Of a DNA stretch of 46,739 nucleotides, positions 9,833-18,873 are shown piece after piece. Every line of letters starts with the position of its first letter. Position 1 is the first letter of the stretch. The position numbers were made by a program, and so were the translations under genes. The notes beneath the pieces are model-generated. The model did not search any database and was not told the origin of the DNA. It worked only from the letters and a program-made list of their open reading frames with translations. The DNA is from Cyanophyceae cyanobacterium. GTDB lineage: Bacteria; Cyanobacteriota; Cyanobacteriia; Cyanobacteriales; JBHJGN01. The DNA is taken from NCBI GenBank assembly GCA_050331735.1, contig JBHJGN010000054.1:1-46739 (forward strand). The letters run 5' to 3'.

Positions 9833-10239
9833 ATGACGAACACCGAAACCAAGGAAGTTTACGAACGCGGTATTCTCGACCAGCTCATCAAAAACGCAGA
9901 GAGGCTAGCAGTATTAGACGAACGGGTAGCCAGAAGCTCAGAAAAGCTGGCTGTAGTCGAACCGAGTTAAATGAAGTTAAGGGAGACTTGCAGGCAGTCA
10001 AGGGAGAACTGCAAGCAGTCAAGGGAGACTTGCAGGAAGTTAAAGGAAATGTCTCTACCCTAGAAACAAACGTAGCTACTTTACAAACTGATATGAGTCA
10101 GGTTAAGCCCAAAGTTGAGGCAGTATACAAAGCCCTAGGCTTTATCAAAACGGCGCTAGTCACTATTGGTGTAGGAGTACTAATTGGCATACGCAATTTT
10201 TCTAGCTTGCCTTTTCTCAGAGCCCTAGGAGGAGGTTAA
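9833..10239 (+). pseudogene. Frameshifted coiled-coil protein with a C-terminal membrane anchor
   Basis: MTNTETKEVYERGILDQL...KLAVVE from ATG 9833 joins the TELNEVKGDLQ frame if one base is restored near 9960. Confidence 0.6.
9973..10050 (+). repeat. 21-bp coding tandem repeat (~3.7 units, heptad [E/A]VKG[D/E]LQ)
   Basis: GAAGTTAAGGGAGACTTGCAG / GCAGTCAAGGGAGAACTGCAA / GCAGTCAAGGGAGACTTGCAG / GAAGTTAAAGGAAAT. Confidence 0.85.
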
Positions 10240-10449
10240 GCTTGACGATCAACTTGAGCTCATCGCAGTCGCCCGTTTTTAAGAGGGGGACTCGAAGAGT
10301 ACTACTGCGGGTAAAACGTTGAGTGCTAACACTAAGCTCCGTCACTGCGTCCTTCTCAAAGTCTCTACCGGAAAAGCTTCCGGCAGCACTTTAAGCTATG
10401 CGAGCTGATTGAAAAAAGCAGGAAAAAAAGGAGCCGACAACTTCTTACA

Positions 10450-11898
10450 ATGAAGAGTTATCTAGAATCAATAACTCTTTCAATGTCATTGAATCAAAAA
10501 TCAGCCCGCAGCACTTCATGGCTAGCGCGATTGATGGCGCTCTTGGCGTTGCTCAACCTCGTGCTAGTGTTATTTAACCTCAGCTATATTCCTAACCGAA
10601 TTGTCTATTGGGAGATTTCTCCTCGCTTCACCCAAGAGTACGATCGCTTTAGAGGCATTCAACCTCATCCCGTCACTCAAGACTACCTCGCTCACGTAGA
10701 TGCTCTAGAACAGCTTGCTCCTGACGACTGGCAAACGCCTCCAGCAGAAGAATTACTGGCCGAATTACGCACTCTCAGCCGCCAGCTTGTGCTTGAAAGT
10801 CCCCTGGCAGGAGCAAACGCCAACAGTATCTTGGAAAAAATTAGGAGCACTATGCGCGATCGCCTCGGCACAGAGCCAGCGCCAGTGGCTTTTGAGCAAT
10901 TTTGGAGTGCAGATTATCTAAATCAATCTGGGGAGCAAGAGCTAAACTTTTTTGATACCCAAATTCGCCATCTCCTTGAAACGAACTACTACCGGGATGT
11001 TGATCGCTTCGGAAAATACGTCGACTGGTTTTGGCTGCTTGATTTGCCGTTTATCATTCTCTTTGCGCTAGATTTCCTGATTCGGAGCTTTATCATCAGT
11101 CGGCGCAATCCGCAACTGAACTGGCTAGAAGCGATGCTGCGACGCTGGTACGATCTATTTCTCCTTCTCCCTCTATGGCAATGGCTGCGGATTCTCCCAG
11201 TCGCAATCCGCCTATATCAAACGAACTTATTAAACCTAGAACCGATTCGAGCGCAAATTAACTACGACGTGGCCATCAATTTTGCCGAAGATATTGCCAA
11301 AGTAGTGGGAGTGCGAGCGATTGACCAAGTGCAAAAAGCCGTTAGCAGTGGAGCAGCGGCTGATTGGCTATTTCACCCCGAAGCCCGTCGCCCTTATCAT
11401 ACCGTTAACGATATTGATGAAGTCAAAGCGATCGCCTCTCGCCTGGTAGATGTTAGCGTCTATGACGTGCTGCCTCAAATCCAGCCAGATGTAGAAGCGC
11501 TTTTAAACTACAGTCTGCAAAGTAGCTTTAAACAACTTCCCGCCTCTCAGCTTCAAGCCTTACCGGGAGTGAGCGACCTGTCTCGTCAAATTGCCCAGAA
11601 TATCGCTCAAGAACTTTCCCACGCCGCCTACAGCAATCTAAAGACCACGCTGGAAGATCCCGTCGTTGCTGAGTTGACCAACCGCCTGATTGTTCATTTT
11701 CGAGATGTTTTAGAGTCGGAGTTACAGAAGCGAGCGAATCTGCGAGATTTAGAAAATCTACTCGTAGATATGCTGGAGGAAATCAAGATTAACTACGTTA
11801 AAGGCATTGAGGAAGACGGAGTGGACAAACTTAAGGAAGAAACTGATCGGCTCGAGCAAGTCGTCAAACCAAAAACATTGTTATCAGCTCCCGAGTAA
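10450..11898 (+). CDS. Hypothetical cyanobacterial membrane protein
   Basis: 482-aa ORF with TM segments, GIQPHPVTQDYL, RRWYDLFLLLP and EEIKINYV. Confidence 0.8.
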   Translation: MKSYLESITLSMSLNQKSARSTSWLARLMALLALLNLVLVLFNLSYIPNRIVYWEISPRFTQEYDRFRGIQPHPVTQDYLAHVDALEQLAPDDWQTPPAEELLAELRTLSRQLVLESPLAGANANSILEKIRSTMRDRLGTEPAPVAFEQFWSADYLNQSGEQELNFFDTQIRHLLETNYYRDVDRFGKYVDWFWLLDLPFIILFALDFLIRSFIISRRNPQLNWLEAMLRRWYDLFLLLPLWQWLRILPVAIRLYQTNLLNLEPIRAQINYDVAINFAEDIAKVVGVRAIDQVQKAVSSGAAADWLFHPEARRPYHTVNDIDEVKAIASRLVDVSVYDVLPQIQPDVEALLNYSLQSSFKQLPASQLQALPGVSDLSRQIAQNIAQELSHAAYSNLKTTLEDPVVAELTNRLIVHFRDVLESELQKRANLRDLENLLVDMLEEIKINYVKGIEEDGVDKLKEETDRLEQVVKPKTLLSAPE

Positions 11899-12046
11899 GA
11901 GTCGCGTTCGCGACGGGGAAAGAACACAGGACTGAGGAACAAACTTTCTAACCCTCCCTTTCCCCCTTCCCCTTTCCCCGCGCTATTGGCGCTTCCCCTT
12001 TCCCCGTTGCGCAGCAGCTATTTTCCCGTTGCGCAGCAACTTCCTT
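11899..12046. repeat. Modular intergenic repeat (CCCCTTT-type heptamers plus mini-hairpins), copy A
   Basis: GTCGCGTTCGCGAC-GGGGAAAGAACACAGGACT, heptamer runs and GTTGCGCAGCAAC. Lies between convergent genes. Confidence 0.8.
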
Positions 12047-12049
12047 CAT

Positions 12050-13183
12050 TTACTCCATCTTGGCAAGGGCCACATTTTGATAGTAATGGCTGAGAATCTG
12101 CTGGTAATCTCTGCCCTGGGATGATAAAAAGTGGGCTCCCCACTGGCTCATGCCGATTCCGTGTCCAAACCCTCTGCCCTGGATTTGAAAGCTGCCGTTG
12201 GCCTCGTTGACTCTAAACAGCGTGCTGCGCAGCTCGAGAATTTGCCGAAGCTTGCTGCCGCTGATTTGCTTCGTGCCGCGATCGCCAACTATCTTCATCG
12301 TGACGACGCGACCTCTGGGAGTCACTTTAACCGGAACCAACGCCTGCACTTGTCCGACACCTCCAATGAGGCGGCTCATCTGAGCTGCGGAAAACGATTT
12401 AGACCACTGAAACACCGGAGCCTCTTGATCGTAGTCGATCACACCTCGCAGGTAAGGTAGCGGCGAACTCCAGATATCTTCAACGTTTTCGGTGTGGCCG
12501 CCAGACGAGGAATGAAACACGGCCAGAATAATTTCCCCGTTGTGGGTAATTACTTCTCCCTCGGTTTCCTTAACGGCATCGAGGGTACTGGTGTATTCGC
12601 TATCTAACCCGCGATAAACCTGAGTTTTAGTGGTGGTATCGAGGTCAAACAGGGCACTTTTTGATTCTGAGCGTTTGCGCAGCGCGTAGGTTCTCGCCGC
12701 TACCGCCTGCGCCTTCAACGCTTCCTCGGGCCAGCTCGGAATCGCCTCAGCTCCTACTACACTATAAAGATACTCTTCTAAATCGACGTGGTTAACCGCC
12801 GTTACTCCCGCCCCATGCCGAACGAGGCGCGTTTTGCCGCGATACCAGCGATCACCGATCCAAACGCGACCCTCGCCCGTGGGCTCAATGGTGAATTCTC
12901 CCGAACGCCACTTTTCTAAAGAGAGCGCTCCCCGTTCTGGGCGTACAGAGAAAGAATCGAGGGCGGCAATTTTGCCGACTTGCTGGCCCGAGGCGTTTTT
13001 AATAATTGCTGTAGTCGAGCTACCGATTTTAACGTGGTTGACGTTCTTTTTGATGGCTACTTTCAGTTCCACGGCTGCCTGAGCTGGTAGAGCCAGGACA
13101 AACCACAGGAGCAGAGACCACCAGCCTTGTTTGCCCAGTAGCAGACGGCGGATTTCAATTGAGATCAAGCTTGTTGACGGCAT
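12050..13183 (-). CDS. SpoIID/LytB-domain protein (peptidoglycan lytic transglycosylase-like)
   Basis: EEYLYSVVGAE, ALKAQAVAARTYA, FHSSSGGHTE, GFGHGIGMSQWGA. Confidence 0.93.
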   Translation of the reverse strand: MPSTSLISIEIRRLLLGKQGWWSLLLWFVLALPAQAAVELKVAIKKNVNHVKIGSSTTAIIKNASGQQVGKIAALDSFSVRPERGALSLEKWRSGEFTIEPTGEGRVWIGDRWYRGKTRLVRHGAGVTAVNHVDLEEYLYSVVGAEAIPSWPEEALKAQAVAARTYALRKRSESKSALFDLDTTTKTQVYRGLDSEYTSTLDAVKETEGEVITHNGEIILAVFHSSSGGHTENVEDIWSSPLPYLRGVIDYDQEAPVFQWSKSFSAAQMSRLIGGVGQVQALVPVKVTPRGRVVTMKIVGDRGTKQISGSKLRQILELRSTLFRVNEANGSFQIQGRGFGHGIGMSQWGAHFLSSQGRDYQQILSHYYQNVALAKME

Positions 13184-13242
13184 TGTTCGCTCCTCACTTC
13201 ACACAGACTTAGCGTTATTAATAGGCATAAGTAGTCAGTTAT

Positions 13243-13390
13243 GGTTGCGCTTCAGCTTAGGAGATTCCCGGCCAATTCTTCCTCACGACGAGGGGAAAGA
13301 GCTCCCGTTCTTGAAGAATCCTGGCCAGCACTCTTTCTTTAGATGGAGCGCTGGCCAATAGTGTTCCTGATCTTCGGGGATCAGTCAACC
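13243..13390 (-). ncRNA. Putative structured 5' leader RNA of the spoIID-like gene
   Basis: Nested helices GGUUG/CAACC, CUGAUC/GAUCAG, UGGCCAGCGCUC/GAGUGCUGGCCA, GGAUUCUU/GGGAAUCU and CCUC/GAGG. A -10-like TACTGT sits just upstream. Confidence 0.5.
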
Positions 13391-13533
13391 CTTTGACAGT
13401 AATTTGAGGTATTTTTTTCAGGTTTTCGTGGAGCCTAAGCGACTTGTTACAGAAAATTGTCTGTCGCAATCGTTTCAAGCTAGCGGTGGCTGTGTCAGGA
13501 TAAAGAAGAGAAATTAGTGTCTGAGCAATTTAG

Positions 13534-14490
13534 GTGGAAATCACTTTTTTAGGAACCAGTTCTGGTGTTCCCACGCGATCGCGTAATGTTTCCGGTGTGG
13601 CGCTGCGTCTGCCTCAACGCGCCGAAGTTTGGCTGTTTGACTGTGGCGAAGGAACTCAGCATCAGCTTTTACGCAGCGATATCAAAACCTCCCAACTTCA
13701 GCAGATATTTATTACCCACATGCACGGAGACCACATCTTTGGCTTGATGGGACTGCTAGCCAGCAGCGGGTTAGCCGGAAGCGCACAGCCAATCAATATT
13801 TACGGTCCAGCAGAACTCGACGAATATTTGTACGCCTGCGCTAAGTGTACCCACTCTAGCTTGTCCCATCGACCTCGCGCTCGCACCGTTCAGCCAGGAT
13901 TCGTGTATGAAGACCAAGAATTTACGGTGCAGTGCCGTCGCCTTAAGCACCGGATTCCGGCCTACGGTTATCGAGTCGTGGAAAAGGACCGACCTGGACG
14001 ATTCAAGGTAGAAAGAGCGGCAGCCCTAGGGATTCCTCCGGGTCCGGTGTACGGTAAGCTCAAGCGCGGTGAAACAGTCACTCTAGAGGATGGACGGCGC
14101 ATCCGGGGAGCCGATTTATGTGGCGAAACCGAACCCGGTCGGAAGCTTGCTTACTGTACTGATACTATTTTCTGTGAAGAGGCCGTCGAGCTAGCGCGGG
14201 ATGCGGATGTTTTGATTCACGAAGCCACTTTTTCTCATCAAGATGCCCAGCTTGCCTTTGAGCGACTGCACTCCACGTCAACAATGGCGGCACAGGTGGC
14301 TTTAGCTGCCGGAGCGAAGCAGCTAATCATGACTCATTTTAGCCCCCGCTATGCTCCTGGCAATCCTCAACAGTTAGGCGATTTGCTGACAGAAGCGCAG
14401 GCCATCTTCCCAAACACTATTTTGGCCTACGATTTCTTAACCTACGAAGTGCCAAGACGGAGAGTTAAGGAAAAGGTTGGGGTCAGTTAA
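13534..14490 (+). CDS. rnz: Ribonuclease Z
   Basis: FLGTSSGVP, DCGEGTQ, THMHGDH, HEATF, HST, THFSPRY and the GP exosite. Confidence 0.95.
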   Translation: MEITFLGTSSGVPTRSRNVSGVALRLPQRAEVWLFDCGEGTQHQLLRSDIKTSQLQQIFITHMHGDHIFGLMGLLASSGLAGSAQPINIYGPAELDEYLYACAKCTHSSLSHRPRARTVQPGFVYEDQEFTVQCRRLKHRIPAYGYRVVEKDRPGRFKVERAAALGIPPGPVYGKLKRGETVTLEDGRRIRGADLCGETEPGRKLAYCTDTIFCEEAVELARDADVLIHEATFSHQDAQLAFERLHSTSTMAAQVALAAGAKQLIMTHFSPRYAPGNPQQLGDLLTEAQAIFPNTILAYDFLTYEVPRRRVKEKVGVS

Positions 14491-14708
14491 TAGGTCGCGT
14501 TCGCGACGGGGAAGCGGTGCGACCCCGCGTCGGCGTAAGACGCAAGGGAACGCGCACCAAGACAAAGGGGAAATTGCCCCTGGCGGGACGGGGAAGGGGG
14601 AAAGGGGAAAACGCTTCGCGATGGGAAAGAACACAGGACTAGGGAACAAGATGATTATTCTGCCCTTTCCCCCTTCCCCTTTGCCCTTTTCCCGCGCCCC
14701 CGGCGCTT
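14491..14708. repeat. Modular intergenic repeat, copy B
   Basis: GTCGCGTTCGCGAC, GGGAAAGAACACAGGACT, complementary GGGGAAA/TTTCCCC runs, and an extra GGTGCG...CGCACC hairpin. Confidence 0.8.
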
Positions 14709-14709
14709 T

Positions 14710-15510
14710 TTAAATCGATGGAATCGGCTTGAGCCAGCGAATCATTTCTTGTTTGAGGTGGCGAAGATCGCGAGTCAACCCGGCTTTAAACCACTGACCG
14801 ATCGCATCTAAAGGCGTGTAGGAATCTCCGGTTTGCCACTCTACGTCTTGATTGAGGGGAGTGAGATGATTTCCGGGCAGCTTCAGGAGAACCACCATGT
14901 GGTCGAAGCGAGTTTGAAGAACAGCATGCAGGCGGGTTGTTTGATCGATGGTGTCGCTATTGAACTGAATGAGGAGATTGCGGGGGACACTGTAGTGTTT
15001 GGCAATGAGCTCATTAGTTTCTAGGGGAGAGGGCGTAAATTCAACGTTAAAAGCCGGATTAATCTCCAATTGCTCTACAAAGGGAATCGCTCGACGAGCC
15101 GGATAGTTGTTGAAAGAAATTAAAATATTGCCAGCTCGCTCAACGGGATAAATACTGGCCATCAGTAAGTGTAGTTTACAGCCCATACTGTGGCCCACTC
15201 CATATACAGGCAGGTAGCGCTGACCGAGAAGATTCCTGCTCTGGACGCGCTCTAAAACGGCTTCAAAGCGGTTGAAAACGGTCCGGGCGATCGCCCGATG
15301 ATCTAGCGTATTGACAAAAGGAGTCGCAATCACCACGTAGCCTTCTTTACCCAACTGCTCCAAGAGCCAACGGTAGGTAATTTGCGGCGCTGTGGCCACA
15401 AAAGCTCCTCCTAAAAAATGCACAATCCCAATTGGTTGTTGAGGAACTAAAACCCAGCATCCGTAAATCTCTTGCCAGTCCATATCTAAAATTAATGCTC
15501 GTTTTTCCAT
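14710..15510 (-). CDS. DUF1350-family alpha/beta hydrolase; likely start MDWQEI at 15483
   Basis: VHFLGGAFVATAP, GVGHSMGCKLHLL, GNHLTP. Confidence 0.85.
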   Translation of the reverse strand: MEKRALILDMDWQEIYGCWVLVPQQPIGIVHFLGGAFVATAPQITYRWLLEQLGKEGYVVIATPFVNTLDHRAIARTVFNRFEAVLERVQSRNLLGQRYLPVYGVGHSMGCKLHLLMASIYPVERAGNILISFNNYPARRAIPFVEQLEINPAFNVEFTPSPLETNELIAKHYSVPRNLLIQFNSDTIDQTTRLHAVLQTRFDHMVVLLKLPGNHLTPLNQDVEWQTGDSYTPLDAIGQWFKAGLTRDLRHLKQEMIRWLKPIPSI

Positions 15511-15547
15511 CCTATCCCGATTAGAGCCGTCGGGAGTGGGGAAACGG

Positions 15548-15582
15548 CGAGAGACTGCTCCTCTCCTCGTAGCAGTCCCTCG
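15548..15582 (-). terminator. Hairpin downstream of nrtP
   Basis: CGAGAGACTGCT/AGCAGTCCCTCG inverted repeat with a weak T-tail. Confidence 0.45.
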
Positions 15583-15608
15583 TTAACACTTCAAGCCTCT
15601 TTGAATTT

Positions 15609-17123
15609 TTAAAATTCAGAAGATCTTACGGGGCCGGTTGTTTCTACCGCAGGCGCTACCAGTTCTTCTCCCTCGTGGTGTTCAGCAAAAGAGCCTTTGG
15701 GCTCTCTCATGAAGAACCAGCACAAGAAAGCCACAATTAACCCGGTGATGCCTAACGTTTGGAAGAAAATGCGATCGCCTGCGGCTCCTTCGAGGAATGA
15801 GTAGAGAGTAAGATAGGCTACTGCCCCCACGTTGCCGTAAGCCCCAACGTTGCCAGCCACCTGACCTGTGACGCGACGCTTAATCAGCGGCACAATGGCA
15901 AAGGTAGAGCCTTCGCCAGCCTGGACGAAAAACGAACAGGCCATCGTGAGCAGGATTGCTGCTGGTAGCCACCAGCCGCCGTTAACGGCACTCATCAATA
16001 GATAACCAATTGCCATGCCTGCGGTGAGGACGGTCATCGTCCATTTCCGGCTACCAAGTTTATCAGAAATCAAGCCGCCGCCGGGACGAGACATCAGGTT
16101 CATGAAGGCGTAGCTAGCGGCAATTGCTCCTGCTGCTGCCTTAGTCAGTCCAAAGGTGTTTTCAAAGAAAGCCGGCAGCATCGAGACAACCGCTAATTCC
16201 GAGCCAAAGTTGACGATGTAGGTCAGCTCTAGTAGCGCTACCTGGTTGAAACGATAGCGGTCCTCGGGAGGATAGGTTTTCTGACCCGTCATTAGCTCCT
16301 TATTTGCTATCCAGCAGTTGTAGGCCTGGAATAGGTACAGACCCAAAAGCGCTAGCCAGGTGATGTATAAACCGCCTTGACTTAAGAAACCGACCTGGCT
16401 CAAGCGCCAAGCTAGCACCATTAGAATCCCCGTCAGAGGCACGTTCATCAGCATCAAGAACCAGAAGTCTTTTTTGGAGGTTACTTCGATACCGCCGTGA
16501 CGAGTTGGCCTTTGGTAAACTTTCCCAGGAGGCGTATCTTCAACGCTGAAGTAGTACAAAATCCCGTAGAGAGCCGCAATAATTCCAGTTCCGGCGATCG
16601 CCAAGCGCCAGTTTAAGATTCCTCCGCCAAAGGCGAGAAAACCAGCAATCGTCGGCAGAGTAAACGCGGCTGCCGCAGAGCCAAAGTTTCCCCACCCCCC
16701 GTAGATTCCTTCTGCCAAACCAATTTCTCGCGGAGGGAACCACTCAGCGACCATGCGGATCCCAATCACAAATCCGGCTCCGACGATACTCAGCAACAAA
16801 CGGCTGATGACGAGGGTGTTGAAGTCCTGCGCTAGAGCAAACATAATGCAGGGAATCGCGGCATAGACCAGCAGCACTGAATAGGTAATTCGGGGACCAA
16901 AGCGGTCTAACAGCATCCCGATGATCACCCGTGCCGGAACGGTCAGCGCTACGTTACAGATAGCAATTGTCCGAATCTGGGCTACTTCTAGCCCTAAATC
17001 TTCCTGTACCGTTGTGGCTAGCGGAGCGAAGTTAAACCAAACAACAAATGAAAGAAAAAAAGCAAACCAGGTCATGTGGAGGATTTTGTATCGACCACGT
17101 AATGACCACATTTCTGTTAGCAT
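15609..17123 (-). CDS. nrtP: NarK-family MFS nitrate/nitrite permease
   Basis: Nitrate signatures AEGIYGGWGNFG and AGNVGAYGNVG; about 12 TM segments; context with nirA. Confidence 0.9.
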   Translation of the reverse strand: MLTEMWSLRGRYKILHMTWFAFFLSFVVWFNFAPLATTVQEDLGLEVAQIRTIAICNVALTVPARVIIGMLLDRFGPRITYSVLLVYAAIPCIMFALAQDFNTLVISRLLLSIVGAGFVIGIRMVAEWFPPREIGLAEGIYGGWGNFGSAAAAFTLPTIAGFLAFGGGILNWRLAIAGTGIIAALYGILYYFSVEDTPPGKVYQRPTRHGGIEVTSKKDFWFLMLMNVPLTGILMVLAWRLSQVGFLSQGGLYITWLALLGLYLFQAYNCWIANKELMTGQKTYPPEDRYRFNQVALLELTYIVNFGSELAVVSMLPAFFENTFGLTKAAAGAIAASYAFMNLMSRPGGGLISDKLGSRKWTMTVLTAGMAIGYLLMSAVNGGWWLPAAILLTMACSFFVQAGEGSTFAIVPLIKRRVTGQVAGNVGAYGNVGAVAYLTLYSFLEGAAGDRIFFQTLGITGLIVAFLCWFFMREPKGSFAEHHEGEELVAPAVETTGPVRSSEF

Positions 17124-17328
17124 GCGTCACCTTCCTCTTAATAACTGTATACAGACCGACCTTGAGCAGGAGTTAATCTCCACTGATCAACAATAGGCTT
17201 TTAGTCAGAAACAAGTAGGCTAATTAATTTGCTATTTACCCATAGCAATTAGCTAGACTAAGCACTTTATAGAGCCAAGTTTTTACTTATTTGACCATTA
17301 AGAATCACACTATTTTTGGGGTGTTACG

Positions 17329-17342
17329 GTATCTTTAGCTAC
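17329..17342 (-). promoter_or_regulatory. NtcA box upstream of nrtP
   Basis: GTATCTTTAGCTAC matches GTA-N8-TAC exactly. Confidence 0.8.
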
Positions 17343-17357
17343 AGAAATTTCGTTTAA

Positions 17358-17394
17358 ATGAAACAAAAGCATACCAATTATGCTTTATTTGCAT
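17358..17394 (-). promoter_or_regulatory. Two LysR-type (NtcB-like) AT-N11-AT boxes
   Basis: ATGAAACAAAAGCAT (17358-17372) and ATGCTTTATTTGCAT (17380-17394), 22 bp apart. Confidence 0.65.
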
Positions 17395-17438
17395 TACAGT
17401 GAACGAACTTCTGCTCCCCGTCGGTTTCGTTTACCAAC

Positions 17439-18764
17439 TCAAGCCCGCAGTTTAAAACGGTTTAAGTACACAACAGGTTGACTGGGATCGAAGTCTCGCC
17501 GGTCGATAAAAGCCTCTGCTGGCACTGTTTGAAAGCGCTCGCTAGGAAGAGCGATCACTAAAGCTTCCGCTACGTCTTTGTACACAGCAAGGGGATAAGT
17601 TCTTGCGAGAATTTCGTCCGCATCGGGCGGATACTCGGTCAGTTCAACGTGATGCCAGCGAATCATCTGCGTCAGTAGCCAAACCCCATGAGATAGCCAA
17701 GGATAGTTCGCATGGTTGGGTTGCTGGAGATACTCAGTGTCGCGGAAATGGAAGATACTGAAATCAGCAGCGGATACGGTGTCCTCTGGGTCGTTTAACT
17801 GGGAGTAACGATAGCTGCCGCTTAAAGCTGGCTCAATTAGCTGCCACTTCGTATCTAGATAGTCTCGCCGGGAAAGAATTTGAGAAATTGTTGTCGCGTT
17901 TTTTGGGCGATCGCAAAACTGACAGGCTTCTAAAACTGCTGCGACAAGAGCGCGGGCTGTGGTCGGCTGCTGCTCTACCCAAGGCTGCATAGCAGCGAGG
18001 ACGTTGCCCGGATGCCCTTGCCAGATATCTCGGTTGAGAATGGCGGTAAATCCGGCCTGCGACCAGACGGCCTGCTGATCCCACGGAGTCCCAGTACAGT
18101 AACCGTTGATGCTTCCTGCCTCTAGCTTATACACCATCTGGGCGGGGGGAATTGCTGTCAGCTTCACCTCTCGCTGGGGATCAATGCCCATAGCGGCGAG
18201 CCAGTATCGGGACAAGTAAGCCTCCATCGTTGCGTTGAGAGCAAAATGAGGCTCTACACCGCGCAGATACTTGCGGTAAGCATCTGCAAACTCAAAAAAA
18301 TTAACGTACTGAGGCAGGGGACGCAAATCGGCTTCCCACGCTTGGCGACTGAAGGTGACAGCACCATCGTTGAGATTGATCACCATCAGAGAGGCGAGGG
18401 GCGCAGGTTTAGAACCTAACTGAAACTGTAACGGCATTGAAAAGGGAGTCAGAGCCGCATCAAAGCGCCACTCGGCTAATCCTTGCTGAATGCCTTGCCA
18501 GCTAGCCTGTTTGACCAGAGTCACGTTCAAGCCGTAGCGAGCAAACAAACCCCGTTCCTGGGCAATAATGAGAGGCGCACTAGCGACCACTGGCACAAAG
18601 CCAATAATAAGGTTAGTTTTTTCTAGTCTGCCAAAATCCGGCGGTGGAGGAGGCGCAGCCGCCTTGTCTTGGGGAATTTCAGGAGGCCGGCTAGCACACG
18701 CTGCCACAAAGCTCGCGGCTCCTAAGCCCGCATATCTCAAAAAATCACGCCGATTACTCATCAT
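17439..18764 (-). CDS. CmpA/NrtA-family substrate-binding lipoprotein with no adjacent permease or ATPase genes
   Basis: Tat RRDFL and lipobox VAAC; LEKTNLIIGFVP, YWLAAMGIDP, ANYPWLSH. Confidence 0.88.
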   Translation of the reverse strand: MMSNRRDFLRYAGLGAASFVAACASRPPEIPQDKAAAPPPPPDFGRLEKTNLIIGFVPVVASAPLIIAQERGLFARYGLNVTLVKQASWQGIQQGLAEWRFDAALTPFSMPLQFQLGSKPAPLASLMVINLNDGAVTFSRQAWEADLRPLPQYVNFFEFADAYRKYLRGVEPHFALNATMEAYLSRYWLAAMGIDPQREVKLTAIPPAQMVYKLEAGSINGYCTGTPWDQQAVWSQAGFTAILNRDIWQGHPGNVLAAMQPWVEQQPTTARALVAAVLEACQFCDRPKNATTISQILSRRDYLDTKWQLIEPALSGSYRYSQLNDPEDTVSAADFSIFHFRDTEYLQQPNHANYPWLSHGVWLLTQMIRWHHVELTEYPPDADEILARTYPLAVYKDVAEALVIALPSERFQTVPAEAFIDRRDFDPSQPVVYLNRFKLRA

Positions 18765-18782
18765 TGCCGTTTCTAAGTTTAT

Positions 18783-18817
18783 AAAAACACGGAAAGATTA
18801 GCGCTCCTCTCCGTGTC
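18783..18817 (-). terminator. Terminator-like hairpin between nirA and the nrtA-like gene
   Basis: Minus strand ACACGGAGAG...CTTTCCGTGT followed by TTTT. Confidence 0.6.
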
Positions 18818-18873
18818 TCTAATTCTCTATATTTAGCTTTACTTGCCAGTGATGACAAACCTAAAATGCTAAT

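Noticed and set aside
9973..10050. Possible CRISPR-like array
   Set aside because: Contiguous 21-bp coding repeats without spacers, and no cas genes in the window.
13243..13390. Assignment as a canonical c-di-AMP, cobalamin or TPP riboswitch, or as 6S/SRP RNA
   Set aside because: Hallmark conserved segments of these families were not found by eye, so it is kept only as an unassigned structured RNA.
14437..14713. ORFs of 70 and 78 aa across intergenic repeat copy B (likewise 39899-40115)
   Set aside because: Low-complexity translations of GGGGAAA/TTTCCCC heptamers.
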